Assembly: GCF_964355755.1 (NCBI RefSeq)
Contig: NC_092672.1
Location: forward strand, 17,001,237 to 17,065,236
Direction: 5' to 3'
DNA: 64,000 nucleotides
DNA from: Antedon mediterranea
Lineage: Eukaryota > Animalia > Echinodermata
In this document: one piece after another, positions 1 through 13,700 of the stretch
Numbering within the stretch: position 1 is the first letter of the stretch
Layout: each line of letters opens with the position of its first letter
Made by a program: the position numbers and the translations under genes
Notes under the pieces: model-generated
Told to the model about the DNA's origin: nothing
The model's database searches: none
The model's input: the letters and a program-made list of their open reading frames with translations, nothing else

Positions 1-2957
1 ATCTCTCTCTCGCTGATCTATCTCTCTCTCTCTCGCTGATCTATCTCTCTCGCTGATCTATCTCTCTCTCGCTGATATATCTCTCTCTCCCTGATCTATA
101 TCTCTCTCGCTGATCTATCTATTTCTCTCTCGCTGATCTATCTCTCTCTCTCTGATCTATCTATCTCTCTCTCTCTGATCTATCTATCTCTCTCTCGCTG
201 ATCTATCTCTCTCGCTGATCTATCTATCTCTCTCTCTCGCTGATCTATATCTTTCTCGCTGATCTATCTATCTCTCTCTCGCTGATCTATCTCTCTCTCG
301 CTGATCTATCTATCTCTCTGTCGCTGATCTATCTCTCTGTCGCTGATTTATCTCTCTCTCGCTGATCTATCTCTCTCTCACTGATCTATCTATCTCTCGC
401 TTATCTATCTCTCTCTCGCTGATCTATCTCTCTCTCGCTGATCTATCTCTCTGTCGCTGATCTATCTCTCTCTCGCTGATCTATCTCTCTCTCGCTGATC
501 TATCTATCTCTCTGTCGCTGATCTATCTCTCTCTCGCTGATCTATCTATCTCTCTCGCTGATCTATCTCTCTCTCGCTGATCTATCTATCTCTCTCTCTC
601 GCTCTCTCGCTGATCTATCTCTCTCTCGCTGATCTCTCTCTCTCTCGCTGATCTATATCTCTCTCGCTGATCTATCTCTCTCTCGCTGATCTATCTCTCT
701 CGCTGATCTATCTCTCTCTCGCTGATCTATCTCTGTCTCACTGATCTATCTATCTCTCGCTTATCTATCTCTCTCTCGCTGATCTATCTCTCTCTCGCTG
801 ATCTATCTCTCTCTCTCTCGCTGATCTATCTCTCTCTCGCTGATCTATCTATCTCTCTCTCTCGCTGATCTATCTCTCTCTCTCTCGCTGATCTATCTAT
901 CTCTCTTTCGCTGGTCTATCTCTCTCTCTCGCTGATCTATCTATCTCTCTCTCTCGCTGATCTATCTCTCTCTTGCTGATCTATCTCTCTCTCTCTCGCT
1001 GATCTATCTCTCTCTCGCTGATATATATCTCTCTCGCTGATCTATCTCTCTCTCGCTGATCTATCTATCTCTCTCTCGCTGATTTATCTCTCTCTCGCTG
1101 ATCTATCTATCTCTCTCTCTCGCTGATCTATCTCTCTCTCGCTGATCTATCTATCTCTCTCCCTCGCTGATCTATATCTCTCTCGCTGATCTATCTATCT
1201 CTCTCTCGCTGATCTATCTCTCTCTCGGTGATCTATCTATCTCTCTGTCGCTGATCTATCTTTTTCTCGCTGATCTATCTCTCTCTCGCTGATCTATCTC
1301 TGTCTCGCTGATCTATCTATCTCTCGCTTATCTATCTCTCTCTCTCGCTGATCTATCTCTCTCTCGCTGATCTATCTCTCTCTCTTTCTCGCTGATCTAT
1401 CTCTCTCTCGCTGATCTATCTATCTCTCTGTCGCTGATCTATCTCTCTCTCACGCTGATCTATCTATCTCTCTCTCGCTGATCTATCTATCTCTCTCTCG
1501 CTGATCTATCTATCTTTCGCTGATCTATCTCTCTCTCGCTGATCTATCTCTCTCTCGCTGATCTATCTCTCTCGCTGACCTATCTCTCTCTCGCTGATCT
1601 ATCTCTCTCGCTGATCTATCTCTCTCTCGCTGATCTTTCTATCTCTCTGTCGCTGATCTATCTCTCTGTCGCTGATCTATCTCTCTCTCGCTGATCTATC
1701 TCTCTCTCTCGCTGATCTATCTCTCTCTCACTGATCTATCTATCTCTCGTTTATCTATCTCTCTCTCGCTTATCTATCTCTCTCTCGCTGATCTATCTCT
1801 CTGTCGCTGATCTATCTCTCTCTCGCTGATCTATCTCTCTCTCGCTGATCTATCTCTCTCTCGCTGATCTATCTATCTCTCTGTCGCTGATCTATCTCTC
1901 TCTCGCTGATCTATCTATCTCTCTCTCGCTGATCTATCTATCTCTCTCTCTCGCTGATCTATCTATCTCTCTCTCTCGCTCTCTCGCTGATCTATCTCTC
2001 TCTCGCTGATCTATCTCTCTCTCGCTGATCTATATCTCTCTCGCTGATCTATCTCTTTCTCGCTGATCTATCTCTCTCGCTGATCTATCTCTCTCTCGCT
2101 GATCTATCTCTCTCTCGCTGATCTATCTCTCTCTCTCTCTCGCTGATCTATCTCTCTCTCTCGCTGATCTATCTCTCTCTCGCTGATCTATCTATCTCTC
2201 TCTCGCTAATCTATCTCTCTCTCTCTCGCTGATCTATCTATCTCTCTCTCGCTGATCTATCTCTCTGTCGCTGATCTATCTATCTCTCTCTCGCTGATCT
2301 ATCTCTCTCTCTCGCTGATCTATCTATCTCTCTCTCGCTGATCTATCTCTCTCTTGCTGATCTACTTCTCTCTCTCTCGCTGATCTATCTCTCTCTCACT
2401 GATATATCTCTCTCTCTCGCTGATCTATCTCTCTCTCGCTGATCTATCTATCTCTCTCTCGCTGATTTATCTCTCTCTCTCGCTGATCTATCTATCTCTC
2501 TCTCTCTCGCTGATCTATCTCTCTCTCGCTGATCTATCTATCTCTCTCTCTCGCTGATCTATATCTCTCTCGCTGATCTATCTATCTCTCTCTCGCTGAT
2601 CTATCTATCTCTCTGTCGCTGATCTATCTTTTTCTCGCTGATCTATCTCTCTCTCGCAGATCTATCTCTCTCTCGCTGATCTATCTATCTCTCGCTTATC
2701 TATCTCTCTCCCGCTGATCTATCTCTCTCTCGCTGATCTATCTCTCTCTCTCTCTCGCTGATCTATCTCTCTCTCTCTCTCGCTGATCTATCTATCTCTC
2801 TGTCGCTGATCTATCTCTCTCTCACGCTGATCTATCTATCTCTCTCTCGCTGATCTATCTATCTCTCTCTCGCTGATCTATCTATCTCTCGCTGATATAT
2901 CTCTCTCCCGCTGATCTATCTCTCTCTCGCTGATCTATCTCTCTCGCTGACCTATCT
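1..2957. repeat. Satellite array, ~19-bp unit GCTGATCTATCTCTCTCTC (variants +/-TC, +TATC); continues past window start
   Basis: Directly visible uninterrupted tandem array with a pyrimidine-rich + strand. Confidence 0.98.
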
Positions 2958-4700
2958 CTTATGATATATAACATGTCTGTTATATATACCGGAATCTCAT
3001 CCCACATCCGTGGAAATGAAATAAAAACAGAATAAAAAAAAGCATTAGTACGAGACTTCTCATGTCTGAAAACAAGTTTCTCACTTCTACGTTCAACAGG
3101 TTTAGGTAGCAAAGCACCATCAATTAGGAAATCTGTACAGAGGCACTTCACAACAAATTTAACACGGATGAATTTAAGTCTATTATAAATCGTGGGTAAT
3201 TTTAGAGTCCGTAACCTTTGTTCGTATGACGGCCGCATGTCATAATCCATGTGAAAAAAACGTGGGAAGCATGATCGTGTAAAGCGTCTCTGAACAGATT
3301 CAATCTGATTGATGGTGCTTTGCAGAAATGGAAACCAGACAGGTGAAGCGTATTCAATTACAGGCCTAATGATAGATTTAAATAATTTAGGAAAAACGGT
3401 CTGATCATTGGTTCTAACACACCTCTTAATAAATCCTACAAGTTTATTGCATTTACCAGTAGTCAGAGAGATGTGTTTATTCCACTTCAAATCTGAAGAC
3501 AAGGTAACACCAAGATACTTGTATTCTGTTACACTTTCTAGTACTTTATTATCAATTTCATAATGAAAATACTGTTTTACTTTCGATCTAGAGATCGACA
3601 TAACCTTACATTTACTGTTATTTAGAGACATATAATTATCATTGCCCCATAGGGTTATGGCAGTTAGATCGTCTTGAAGCTTCAAACAATCATCTTGATT
3701 ATTTATTACTCTGAACAACACATTATCATCTGCATATAATGCAATATTTGAGTTAAATACTGATGGGAGCTCACATGTATACAAATTAAAAAGAATAGGT
3801 CCCAACACGGAACCTTGAGGTACCCCCGATAATACATCTTTCCAATCTGAAAGTGAACCTTTGAATAACACTGCTTGGCTACGGTTAATCAGAAAAGATT
3901 GTAACCAACTCATGAGCTTACCGGCAAAGCCATATTTTTGTAGCTTATTAATGAGAAGTGAATGACAAACCTTGTCAAAAGCCTTGGACCAATCTAAAAA
4001 CACAGCATCAACTCTTGGCGGTTTGATTACATCTAAACATTTAGCCCATTGGTGGTAAATTGTGGCAAGCTGTGTTACACACGATCTTTTGTTACAGAAA
4101 CCATGTTGTGTGGAAGGCAAAAGGCCAAGTTTATCAGCATGAGAAACCATGTGCTTTCCAATAAAGCGCTCAAGCATTTTCCCGACCACTGACGTCAGGG
4201 AGATGGGGCGATAGTTTACAACATTGTCACCAGGGCCTGATTTATGTATTGGTACAACATGGGCTACTTTCCAGTCAGCTGGGACTTTACCGGTTTTAAT
4301 TGAGATATTAAATATCTCAGTCAAAACACCAATGATTGTGAAAGATGACAGTTTAAGCATTTTAGGGGAGATACCGTCAGGCCCTGGGGATTTATTCCCA
4401 TCTAATGAAGAAATCAGACATTTAACATCTGCTTCATTGATCAGCAGATCAGAAAGAGGAGGATCAACCAATGAAGATATCATCTGGTTATTATTGGGTA
4501 CAGGTTTAGAAAAGTTACTATGAAAAAATGTATTAAATTTATTAGCAATTAAACTAGGATCATCTGTTGTGATGTTATCAAACTTAAAACTTGTTGGAAA
4601 ACATTTATGTCTTTTAGCATTAACGAACGCCCAAAAAGGTTTTTGGTCTTTTCAGTTTGTTGCTAATTGTTTTACATATTCATAGTAACTCTTTTTACAC
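2958..4700 (-). mobile_element. Non-LTR retrotransposon (CR1/L2/Jockey-group) ORF2 fragment with an intact RT domain, truncated at both ends by satellite
   Basis: ORF 2882..4483 has KSPGPDGI, NYRPISLTS, QHGF, LDWSKAFDKV, GVPQGSVLGP, YADD and YKYLGV motifs. The last ~25 codons are satellite read-through. No 3' tail or endonuclease domain is present. Confidence 0.95.
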
Positions 4701-7700
4701 ATCTCTCTCTCGCTGATCTATCTCTCTCTCGCTGATCTCTCTCTCTCTCGCTGATCTATCTCTCTGTAGCTGATCTATCTCTCTCTCGCTGATCTATCTC
4801 TCTCTCGTTGATCTATCTATCTCTCTCTCGCTGATCTATCTCTCTCTCGCTGATCTATCTGTCTCTCTGTCGCTGATCTATCTCTCTCTCGCTGATCTAT
4901 CTATCTCTCTCTCGCTGATCTATCTATCTCTATCTCGCTGATCTATCTCTCTCTCGCTGATCTATCTCTCTCTCGCTGATCTATCTCTCTCTCTGACCTA
5001 TCTCTCTCTCGCTGATCTATCTCTCTCTCGCTGATCTATCTCTCTCGCTGATCTATCTCTCTCTTGCTGATCTATCTCTCTCTCGCTGATCTATCTCTCT
5101 CTCGCTGATCTATCTCTCTCTCGCTGATCTATCTCTCTCGCTGATCTATCTATCTCTCTCTCGCTGATCTATCTCTCTGTCGCTGATCTATCTCTCTCTC
5201 GCTGATCTATCTCTCTGATCTATCTCTCTCTCTCTCGCTTATCTATCTATCTCGCTGATCTATCTCTCTCTCGCTGATTTATCTCTCTCTCGCTGATCTA
5301 TCTCTCTCTCTCGCTGATCTATCTCTCTCTCGCTAATCTATCTCTCTCGCTGATCTATCTTTCTTTCGCTGATCTATCTCTCTCTCGCTGATCTATCTCT
5401 CTGTAGCTGATCTATCTCTCTCTCTCGCTGATCTATCTCTCTCTCGCTGATCTATCTATCTCTCTGTCGCTGATCTATCTCTCTCTCGCTGATCTATCTA
5501 TCTCTCTGTCGCTGATATATCTCTCTCTCGCTGATCTATCTATCTCTCTTTCGCTGATCTATCTCTCTCTCTCTCGCTGATCTATCTATCTCTCTCTCGC
5601 TGATCTATATCTCTCTCGCTGATCTATCTATCTCTCTGTCGCTGATCTATCTCTCTCTCGCTGATCTCTCTCTCTCTCGCTGATCTATCTCTCTGTAGCT
5701 GATCTATCTCTCTCTCGCTGATCTATCTCTCTCTCGCTGATCTATCTATCTCTCTTTCGCTGATCTATCTCTCTCTCTCTCGCTGATCTATCTATCTCTC
5801 TCTCGCTGATCTATATCTCTCTCGCTGATCTATCTATCTCTCTCTCGCTGATCTATCTCTCTCTCGCTGATCTCTCTCTCTCTCTCGCTGATCTATCTCT
5901 CTGTAGCTGATCTATCTCTCTCTCGCTGATCTATCTCTCTATCGTTGATCTATCTATCTCTCTCTCGCTGATCTATCTCTCTATCGCTGATCTATCTATC
6001 TCTCTGTCGCTGATCTATCTCTCTCTCGCTGATCTATCTATCTCTCTCTCGCTGATCTATCTATCTCTATCTCGCTGATCTATCTCTCTCTCGCTGATCT
6101 ATCTCTCTCTCGCTGATCTATCTCTCTCTCGCTGATCTATCTCTCTCGCTGATCTATATCTCTCTCGCTGATCTATCTATCTCTTTGTCGCTGATCTATC
6201 TCTCTCTCGCTGATCTATCTATATCTCTGTCGCTAATCTATCTCTCTCTCGCTTATCTATCTATCTCTCTCTCGCTGATCTATCTCTCTCTCGCTGATCT
6301 ATCTATCTCTCTCTGATCTATCTCTCTCGCTGATCTCTCTCTCTCGCTGATCTATCTCTCTCGCTGATCTATCTCTCTCTCGCTGATCTATCTCTCTCTC
6401 GCTGATCTATCTCTCTCTCGCTGATCTATCTCTCTCGCTGATCGATCTCTCTCTTGCTGATCTATCTCTCTCTCGCTGATCTATCTCTCTCTCTCAAGCT
6501 GATCTATCTCTCTCTCGCTGATCTAACTCACACTCGCTGATCTATCTCTCTCTCGCTGATCTATCTCTCTCTCGCTGATCTATCTCTCTGTAGCTGATCT
6601 ATCTTTCTCTCTCTCTCTCTCTCGCTGATCTATCTCTCTCTCTCGCTGATCTATCTCTCTCTCGCTGATCTATCTCTCTCTCGCTGATCTATCTCTCTCT
6701 CGCTGATCTATCTCTCTCTCGCTGATCTATCTCTCTCTCGCTGATCTATCTCTCTCGCTGACCTATCTCTCTCTCGCTGATCTATTTCTCTCTCGCTGAT
6801 CTATCTCTCTCTCGCTGATCTATCTCTCTCTCGCTGATCTATCTCTCTCTCGCTGATCTATCTCTCTCTCGCTGATCTATCTCTCTCTCGCTGATCTATC
6901 TCTCTCGCTGATCTATCTATCTCTCTGTCGCTGATCTATCTCTCTCTCGCTGATCTATCTCTCTTATCTATCTTTCTCTCTCTCGCTTATCTATCTATCT
7001 CGCTGATCTATCTCTCTCTCGCTGATCTATCTCTCTCTCGCTGATCTATCTCTCTCTCTTGCTGATCTATCTCTCTCTCGCTGATCTATCTCTCTCGCTG
7101 ATCTATCTCTCTCTCGCTGATCTATCTCTCTCTCGCTGATGTATCTCTCTGTAGCTGATCTATCTCTCTCTCTCGCTGTTCTATCTCTCTCTCGCTGATC
7201 TATCTATCTCTCTGTCACTGATCTATCTCTCTCTCGCTGATCTATCTTTCTGTCGCTGATATATCTCTCTCTCGCTGATCTATCTATCTCTCTGTCTCTG
7301 ATCTATCTCTCTCTCGCTGATCTATCTATCTCTCTGTCGCTGATCTATCTCTCTCTCGCTTATCTATCTATATCTCTGTCGCTGATCTATCTCTCTCGCT
7401 TATCTATCTATCTCTCTCTCGCTGATCTATCTCTCTCTCTCGCTGATCTCTCTCTCTCGCTGATCTATCTCTCTGTAGCTGATCTATCTCTCTCTCTCGC
7501 TGATCTATCTCTCTCTCGTTGATCTATCTATCTCTCTCTCTCTGATCTATCTCTCTCTCGCTGATCTATCTATCTCTCTCTCGCTGATCTATCTCTCTCT
7601 CGCTGATCTATCTATCTCTCTCTCTCGCTGATCTATCTATCTCTATCTCGCTGATCTATCTCTCTCGCTGATCTATCTCTCTCTCGCTGATCTATCTCTC

Positions 7701-10700
7701 TCTCGCTGATCTATCTCTCTCGCTGACCTATCTCTCTCTCGCTGATCTATCTCTCTCTCGCTGATCTATCTCTCTCTCGCTGATCTATCTCTCTCTCGCT
7801 GATCTATCTCTCTCGCTGATCTATCTATCTCTCTGTCGCTGATCTATCTCTCTCTCGCTGATCTATCTTCCTGTCGCTGATATATCTCTCTCTCGCTGAT
7901 CTATCTATCTCTCTGTCGCTGATCTATCTCTCTCTCGCTGATCTATCTATCTCTCTGTCGCTGATCTATCTCTCTCTCGCTTATCTATCTATATCTCTGT
8001 CGCTGATCTATCTCTCTCGCTTATCTATCTATCTCTCTCTCGCTGATCTATCTCTCTCTCGCTGATCTCTCTCTCTCTCTCGCTGATCTATCTCTCTGTA
8101 GCTGATCTATCTCTCTCTCGCTGATCTATCTCTCTATCGTTGATCTATCTATCTCTCTCTCGCTGATCTATCTCTCTCTCGCTGATCTATCTATCTCTCT
8201 GTCGCTGATCTATCTCTCTCTCGCTGATCTATCTATCTCTCTCTCGCTGATCTATCTATCTCTATCTCGCTGATCTATCTCTCTCTCGCTGATCTATCTC
8301 TCTCTCGCTGATCTATCTCTCTCTCGCTGATCTATCTCTCTCGCTGACCTATCTCTCTCTCGCTGATCTAACTCTCTCTCGCTGATCTATCTCTCTCTCT
8401 CTCGCTGATCTATCTCTCTCTCTCGCTGATCTATCTCTCTCTCGCTGATCTATCTCTCTCTCGCTGATCTATCTCTCTCTCGCTGATCTATCTCTCGCTC
8501 GCTGATCTATCTATCTCTCTCTCGCTGATCTATCTCTCTGTCGCTGATCTATCTATCTCTCTGTCGCTGATCTATCTCTCTCTCGCTGATCTATCTATCT
8601 CTCTCTCGCTGATCTATCTATCTCTATCTCGCTGATCTATCTCTCTCTCGCTGATCTATCTCTCTCTCGCTGATCTATCTCTCTCTCGTTGATCAATCTA
8701 TCTCTCTCTCGCTGATCTATCTCTCTCTCGCTGATCTATCTATCTCTCTCTCGCTGATCTATCTCTCTCTCGCTGATCTCTCTCTCTCTCGCTGATCTAT
8801 CTCTCTGTAGCTGATCTATCTCTCTCTCTCTCGCTGATCTATCTCTCTCTCGTTGATCTATCTATCTCTCTCTCGCTGATCTATCTCTCTCTCGCTGATC
8901 TATCTATCTCTCTGTCGCTGATCTATCTCTCTCTCGCTGATCTATCTATCTCTCTCTCGCTGATCTATCTATCTCTATCTCGCTGATCTATCTCTCTCTC
9001 GCTGATCTATCTCTCTCTCGCTGATCTATCTCTCTCGCTGACCTATCTCTTTCTCGCTGATCTATCTCTCTCTCGCTGATCTATCTCTCTCTCTCGCTGA
9101 TCTATCTCTCTCTCGCTGATCTATCTCTCTCTCGCTGATCTATCTCTCTCTCGCTGATCTATCTCTCTCTCGCTGATCTATCTCTCTCGCTGATCTATCT
9201 ATCTCTCTGTCGCTGATCTATCTCTCTGTCGCTGATCTATCTCTCTCTCGCTGATCTATGTCTCTGATCTATTTCTCTCTCTCTCTCGCTTATCTATCTA
9301 TCTCGCTGATCTATCTCTCTCTCGCTGATCTATCTCTCTCTCGCTGATCTATCTCTCTCTCTCGCTGATCTATCTCTCTCTCGCTGATCTATCTCTCTCG
9401 CTGATCTATCTTTCTTTCGCTGATCTATCTCTCTCTCGCTGATCTATCTCTCTGTAGCTGATCTATCTCTCTCTCTGTCGCTGATCTATCTCTCTCTCGC
9501 TGATCTATCTATCTCTCTGTCGCTGATCCATCTCTCTCTCGCTGATCTATCTATCTCTCTGTCGCTGATATATCTCTCTCTCGCTGATCTATCTATCTCT
9601 CTTTCGCTGATCTATCTCTCTCTCGCTGATCTATCTATCTCTCTCTCGCTGATCTATATCTCTCTCGCTGATCTATCTCTCTCTCGCTGATCTATCTCTC
9701 TCTCTCGCTGATCTATCTCTCTCTCGCTGATCTATCTCTCTCGCTGATCTATCTTTCTTTCGCTGATCTATCTCTCTCTCGCTGATCTATCTCTCTGTAG
9801 CTGATCTATCTCTCTCTCTGTCGCTGATCTATCTCTCTCTCGCTGATCTATCTATCTCTCTGTCGCTGATCTATCTCTCTCTCGCTGATCTATCTATCTC
9901 TCTGTCGCTGATATATCTCTCTCTCGCTGATCTATCTATCTCTCTTTCGCTGATCTATCTCTCTCTCGCTGATCTATCTATCTCTCTCTCGCTGATCTAT
10001 ATCTCTCTCGCTGATCTATCTATCTCTCTGTCGCTGATCTATCTCTCTCTCGCTGATCTATCTATATCTCTGTCGCTGATCTATCTCTCTCTCGCTTATC
10101 TATCTATCTCTCTCTCGCTGATCTATCTCTCTCTCGCTGATCTATCTATCTCTCTCTGATCTATCTCTCTCGCTGATCTCTCTCTCTCGCTGATCTATCT
10201 CTCTCGCTGATCTATCTCTCTCTCGCTGATCTATCTATCTCTCGCTGATCTTTCTCTCTCGCTGATCTATCTCTCTCGCTGATCTATCCCTCTCTCGCTG
10301 ATCTATCTCTCTGTAGCTGATCTATCGCTCTCTCTCGCTGATCTATCTATATCTCTGTCGCTGATCTATCTCTCTCTCGCTGATCTATCTATATCTCTCT
10401 CACTGATCTATCTCTCTGTCGCTGATCTATCTATCTCTCGGTCGCTGATCTATCTCTCTGTCGCTGATCTATATCTCTCTCGCTGATCTATCTCTCTCTC
10501 GCTAATCTATCTCTCTCTCGCTGATCTATCTCTCTCTCGCTGATCTATCTCTCTCTCGCTGATCTTTCTCTCTCGCTGATCTATCTCTCTCTCACTGATC
10601 TATCTCTCTCTCGCTGATCTATCTCTCTGTAGCTGATCTATCTCTCTCTCTCGCTGATCTATCTCTCTCTCGCTGATCTATCTCTCCCTCGCTGATCTAT

Positions 10701-13700
10701 CTATCTCTCTCTCTCGCTGATCTATCTCTCTGTCGCTGATCTATCTATCTCTCTGTCGCTGATCTATCTCTCTCTCGCTGATCTATCTATCTCTCTCTCT
10801 CGCTGATCTATCTCTCTCTCGCTGATCTATCTCTTTCTCGCTGATCTATATCTCTCTCGCTGATCTATCTCTCTCTCGCTGATCTATCTCTCTCTCGCTG
10901 ATCTATCTCTCTCTCTCGCTGATCTATCTCTCTCTCGCTGATCTATCTCTCTCTCGCTGATCTATCTCTCTCTCGCTGATCTATCTCTCTCTCGCTGATC
11001 TATCTCTCTCTCGCTGATCTATCTCTCTCTCGCTGATCTATCTCTCTCTCTCGCTGATCTATCTCTATCTATCTCTCTCTCGCTGATCTATCTCTCTCTC
11101 GCTGATCTATCAATCTCTCGCTGATCTATCTCTCTCTCTCGCTGATCTATCTCTCTCTTTCGCTGATCTATCTCTCTCTCGCTGATCTATCTCTCTCTCT
11201 CGCTTATCTATCTCTCTCTCGCTGATCTATCTCTCTCTCTCTCGCTGATCTATCTATCTCTCGCTGATCTATCTATCTCTCTATCGGTGATCTATCTATC
11301 TCTCTGTCGCTGATCTATCTATCTCTCTGTCGCTGAACTATCTCTCTCTCTCTCTCTCGCTTATCTATCTCTCTCTCTCGCTGAACTATCTCCCTCTCTC
11401 TCTCGCTTATCTATCTCTATCTCTCGTTGATCTATCTCTCTCTCTCTCGCTCATCTATCTCTCTTTCGCTGATCTATCTCTCTCTCGCTGATCTATCTCT
11501 CTGTCGCTGATCTATCTCTCTGTCGCTGATCTATCTCTCTGTCGCTGATCTATCTCTCTGTTGCTGATCTATCTCTCTCTCGCTGATCTATCTCTCTCTC
11601 GCTGATCTATCTCTCTCTCGCTGATCTATCTCTCTCTCTCTCTCTCTGAACTATCTCTCTTTCTCTCGCTGATCTATCTCTATCTATCTCTCTCTCGCCG
11701 ATCTATCTCTCTCTCGCTGATCTATCTCTCTCGCTGATCTATCTCTCTCTCGCTGATCTATCTCTCTCTCGCTGATCTATCTCTCTCTCGCTGATCTATC
11801 TCTCTCTCGCTGATCTCTCTCTCTCTCTCTCGCTGATCTATCTCTCTCTCTCGCTGATCTATCTCTCTCTCGCTGATCTATCTCTCTGTCGCTGATCTAT
11901 CTCTCTCTCGCTGATCTATCTATCTCTCTGTCGCTGATCTATCTCTCTCTCGCTGGTCTATCTCTCTCTCGCTGATCTATCTCCCTCTCTGTCGCTGATC
12001 TATCAATCTCTCTGTCGCTGATCTATCTCTCTCTCTCTCGCTGATCCATCTCTCTCTCTCTCGTTAATCTATCTCTCTCTCTCGTTGATCTATCTCTCTC
12101 TCTCGCTGATCTATCTCTCTCTCGCTGATCTATCTCTCTCTCTCTCGCTGATCTATCTCTCTCTCTCTCGCTGATCTATCTCTCTGTCGCTGATCTATCC
12201 CTCTGTCGCTGATCTATCTCTCTGTCGCTGATCTATCTCTCTCTCGCTGATCTATCTCTCTCTCGCTGATCTATTTCTCTCTCGCTGATCTATCTCTGTC
12301 TCGCTGATCTACCTCTCTCTCTCTCGCTGATCTATCTCTTTCTCGCTGATCTATCTCTCTTTCTCTGATCTATCTCTCTCTCCCGCTGATCTATCTCTCT
12401 CTCGCTGATCTATCTCTCTCGCTGATCTATCTCTCTCTCATTGATCTATCTCTTTCTCGCTGATCTATATCTCTCTCGCTGATCTATCTCTCTCTCACTG
12501 ATCTATCTCTCTCTCGCTGATCTATCTCTCTCTCTCGCTGATCTATCTCTCTGTCGCTGATCTATCTCTCTCTCGCTGTTCTATCTCTCTGTCGCTGATC
12601 TATCTCTCTCTCTCGCTGATCTATCTCTCTCTCGCTGATCTATCTCTCTCTCACTGGTCTATCTCTCTCTCGCTGATCTATCTCTCTCTCGCTGATCTAT
12701 CTCTCTCTCGCTGATCTATCTCTCTCTCGCTGATCTATCTCTCTGTTGCTGATCTATCTCTTTCTCGCTGATCTATCTCTCTGTCGCTGATCTATCTCTC
12801 TCTCGCTGATCTATCTATCTCTCTCTCGCTGATCTATATCTCTCTCGCTGATCTATCTATCTCTCTGTTGCTGATCTATCTCTCTCTCGCTGATCTATCT
12901 ATCTCTCTCTCGCTGATCTATCTCTCTCTCGCTGATCTATCTCTCTCTCGCTGATCTATCTCTCTGTAGCTGATCTATCTCTCTCTCGCTGATCTATCTC
13001 TCTCTCGTTGATCTATCTATCTCTCTCTCGCTGATCTATCTCTCTCTCGCCTATCTATCTATCTCTCTGTCGCTGATCTATCTCTCTCTCGCTGATCTAT
13101 CTATCTCTCTCTCGCTGATCTATCTATCTCTCTCTCTCACTGATCTATCTCTCTCTCGCTGATCTATCTCTCTCTCGCTGATCTATCTCTCTCTCGCTGA
13201 TCTATCTCTCTCGCTGACCTATCTCTCTCTCGCTGATCTATCTCTCTCTCTCGCTGATCTATCTCTCTCTCGCTGATCTATCTCTCTCTCGCTGATCTAT
13301 CTCTCTCTCGCTGATCTATCTCTCTCTCGCTGATCTATCTCTCTCTCGCTGATCTATCTCTCTCGCTGATCTATCTATCTCTCTGTCACTGATCTATCTC
13401 TCTGTCGCTGATCTATCTATCTCTCTGTCACTGATATATCTCTCTCTCGCTGATCTATCTATCTCTCTTTCGCTGATCTATCTCTCTCTCGCTGATCTAT
13501 CTATCTCTCTCTCGCTGATCTATATCTCTCTCGCTGATCTATCTATCTCTCTGTCGCTGATCTATCTCTCTCTCGCTGATCTATCTATATCTCTGTCGCT
13601 GATCTATCTCTCTCTCGCTTATCTATCTATCTCTCTCTCGCTGATCTATCTCTCTCTCGCTGATCTATCTATCTCTTTCTGATCTATCTCTCTCGCTGAT

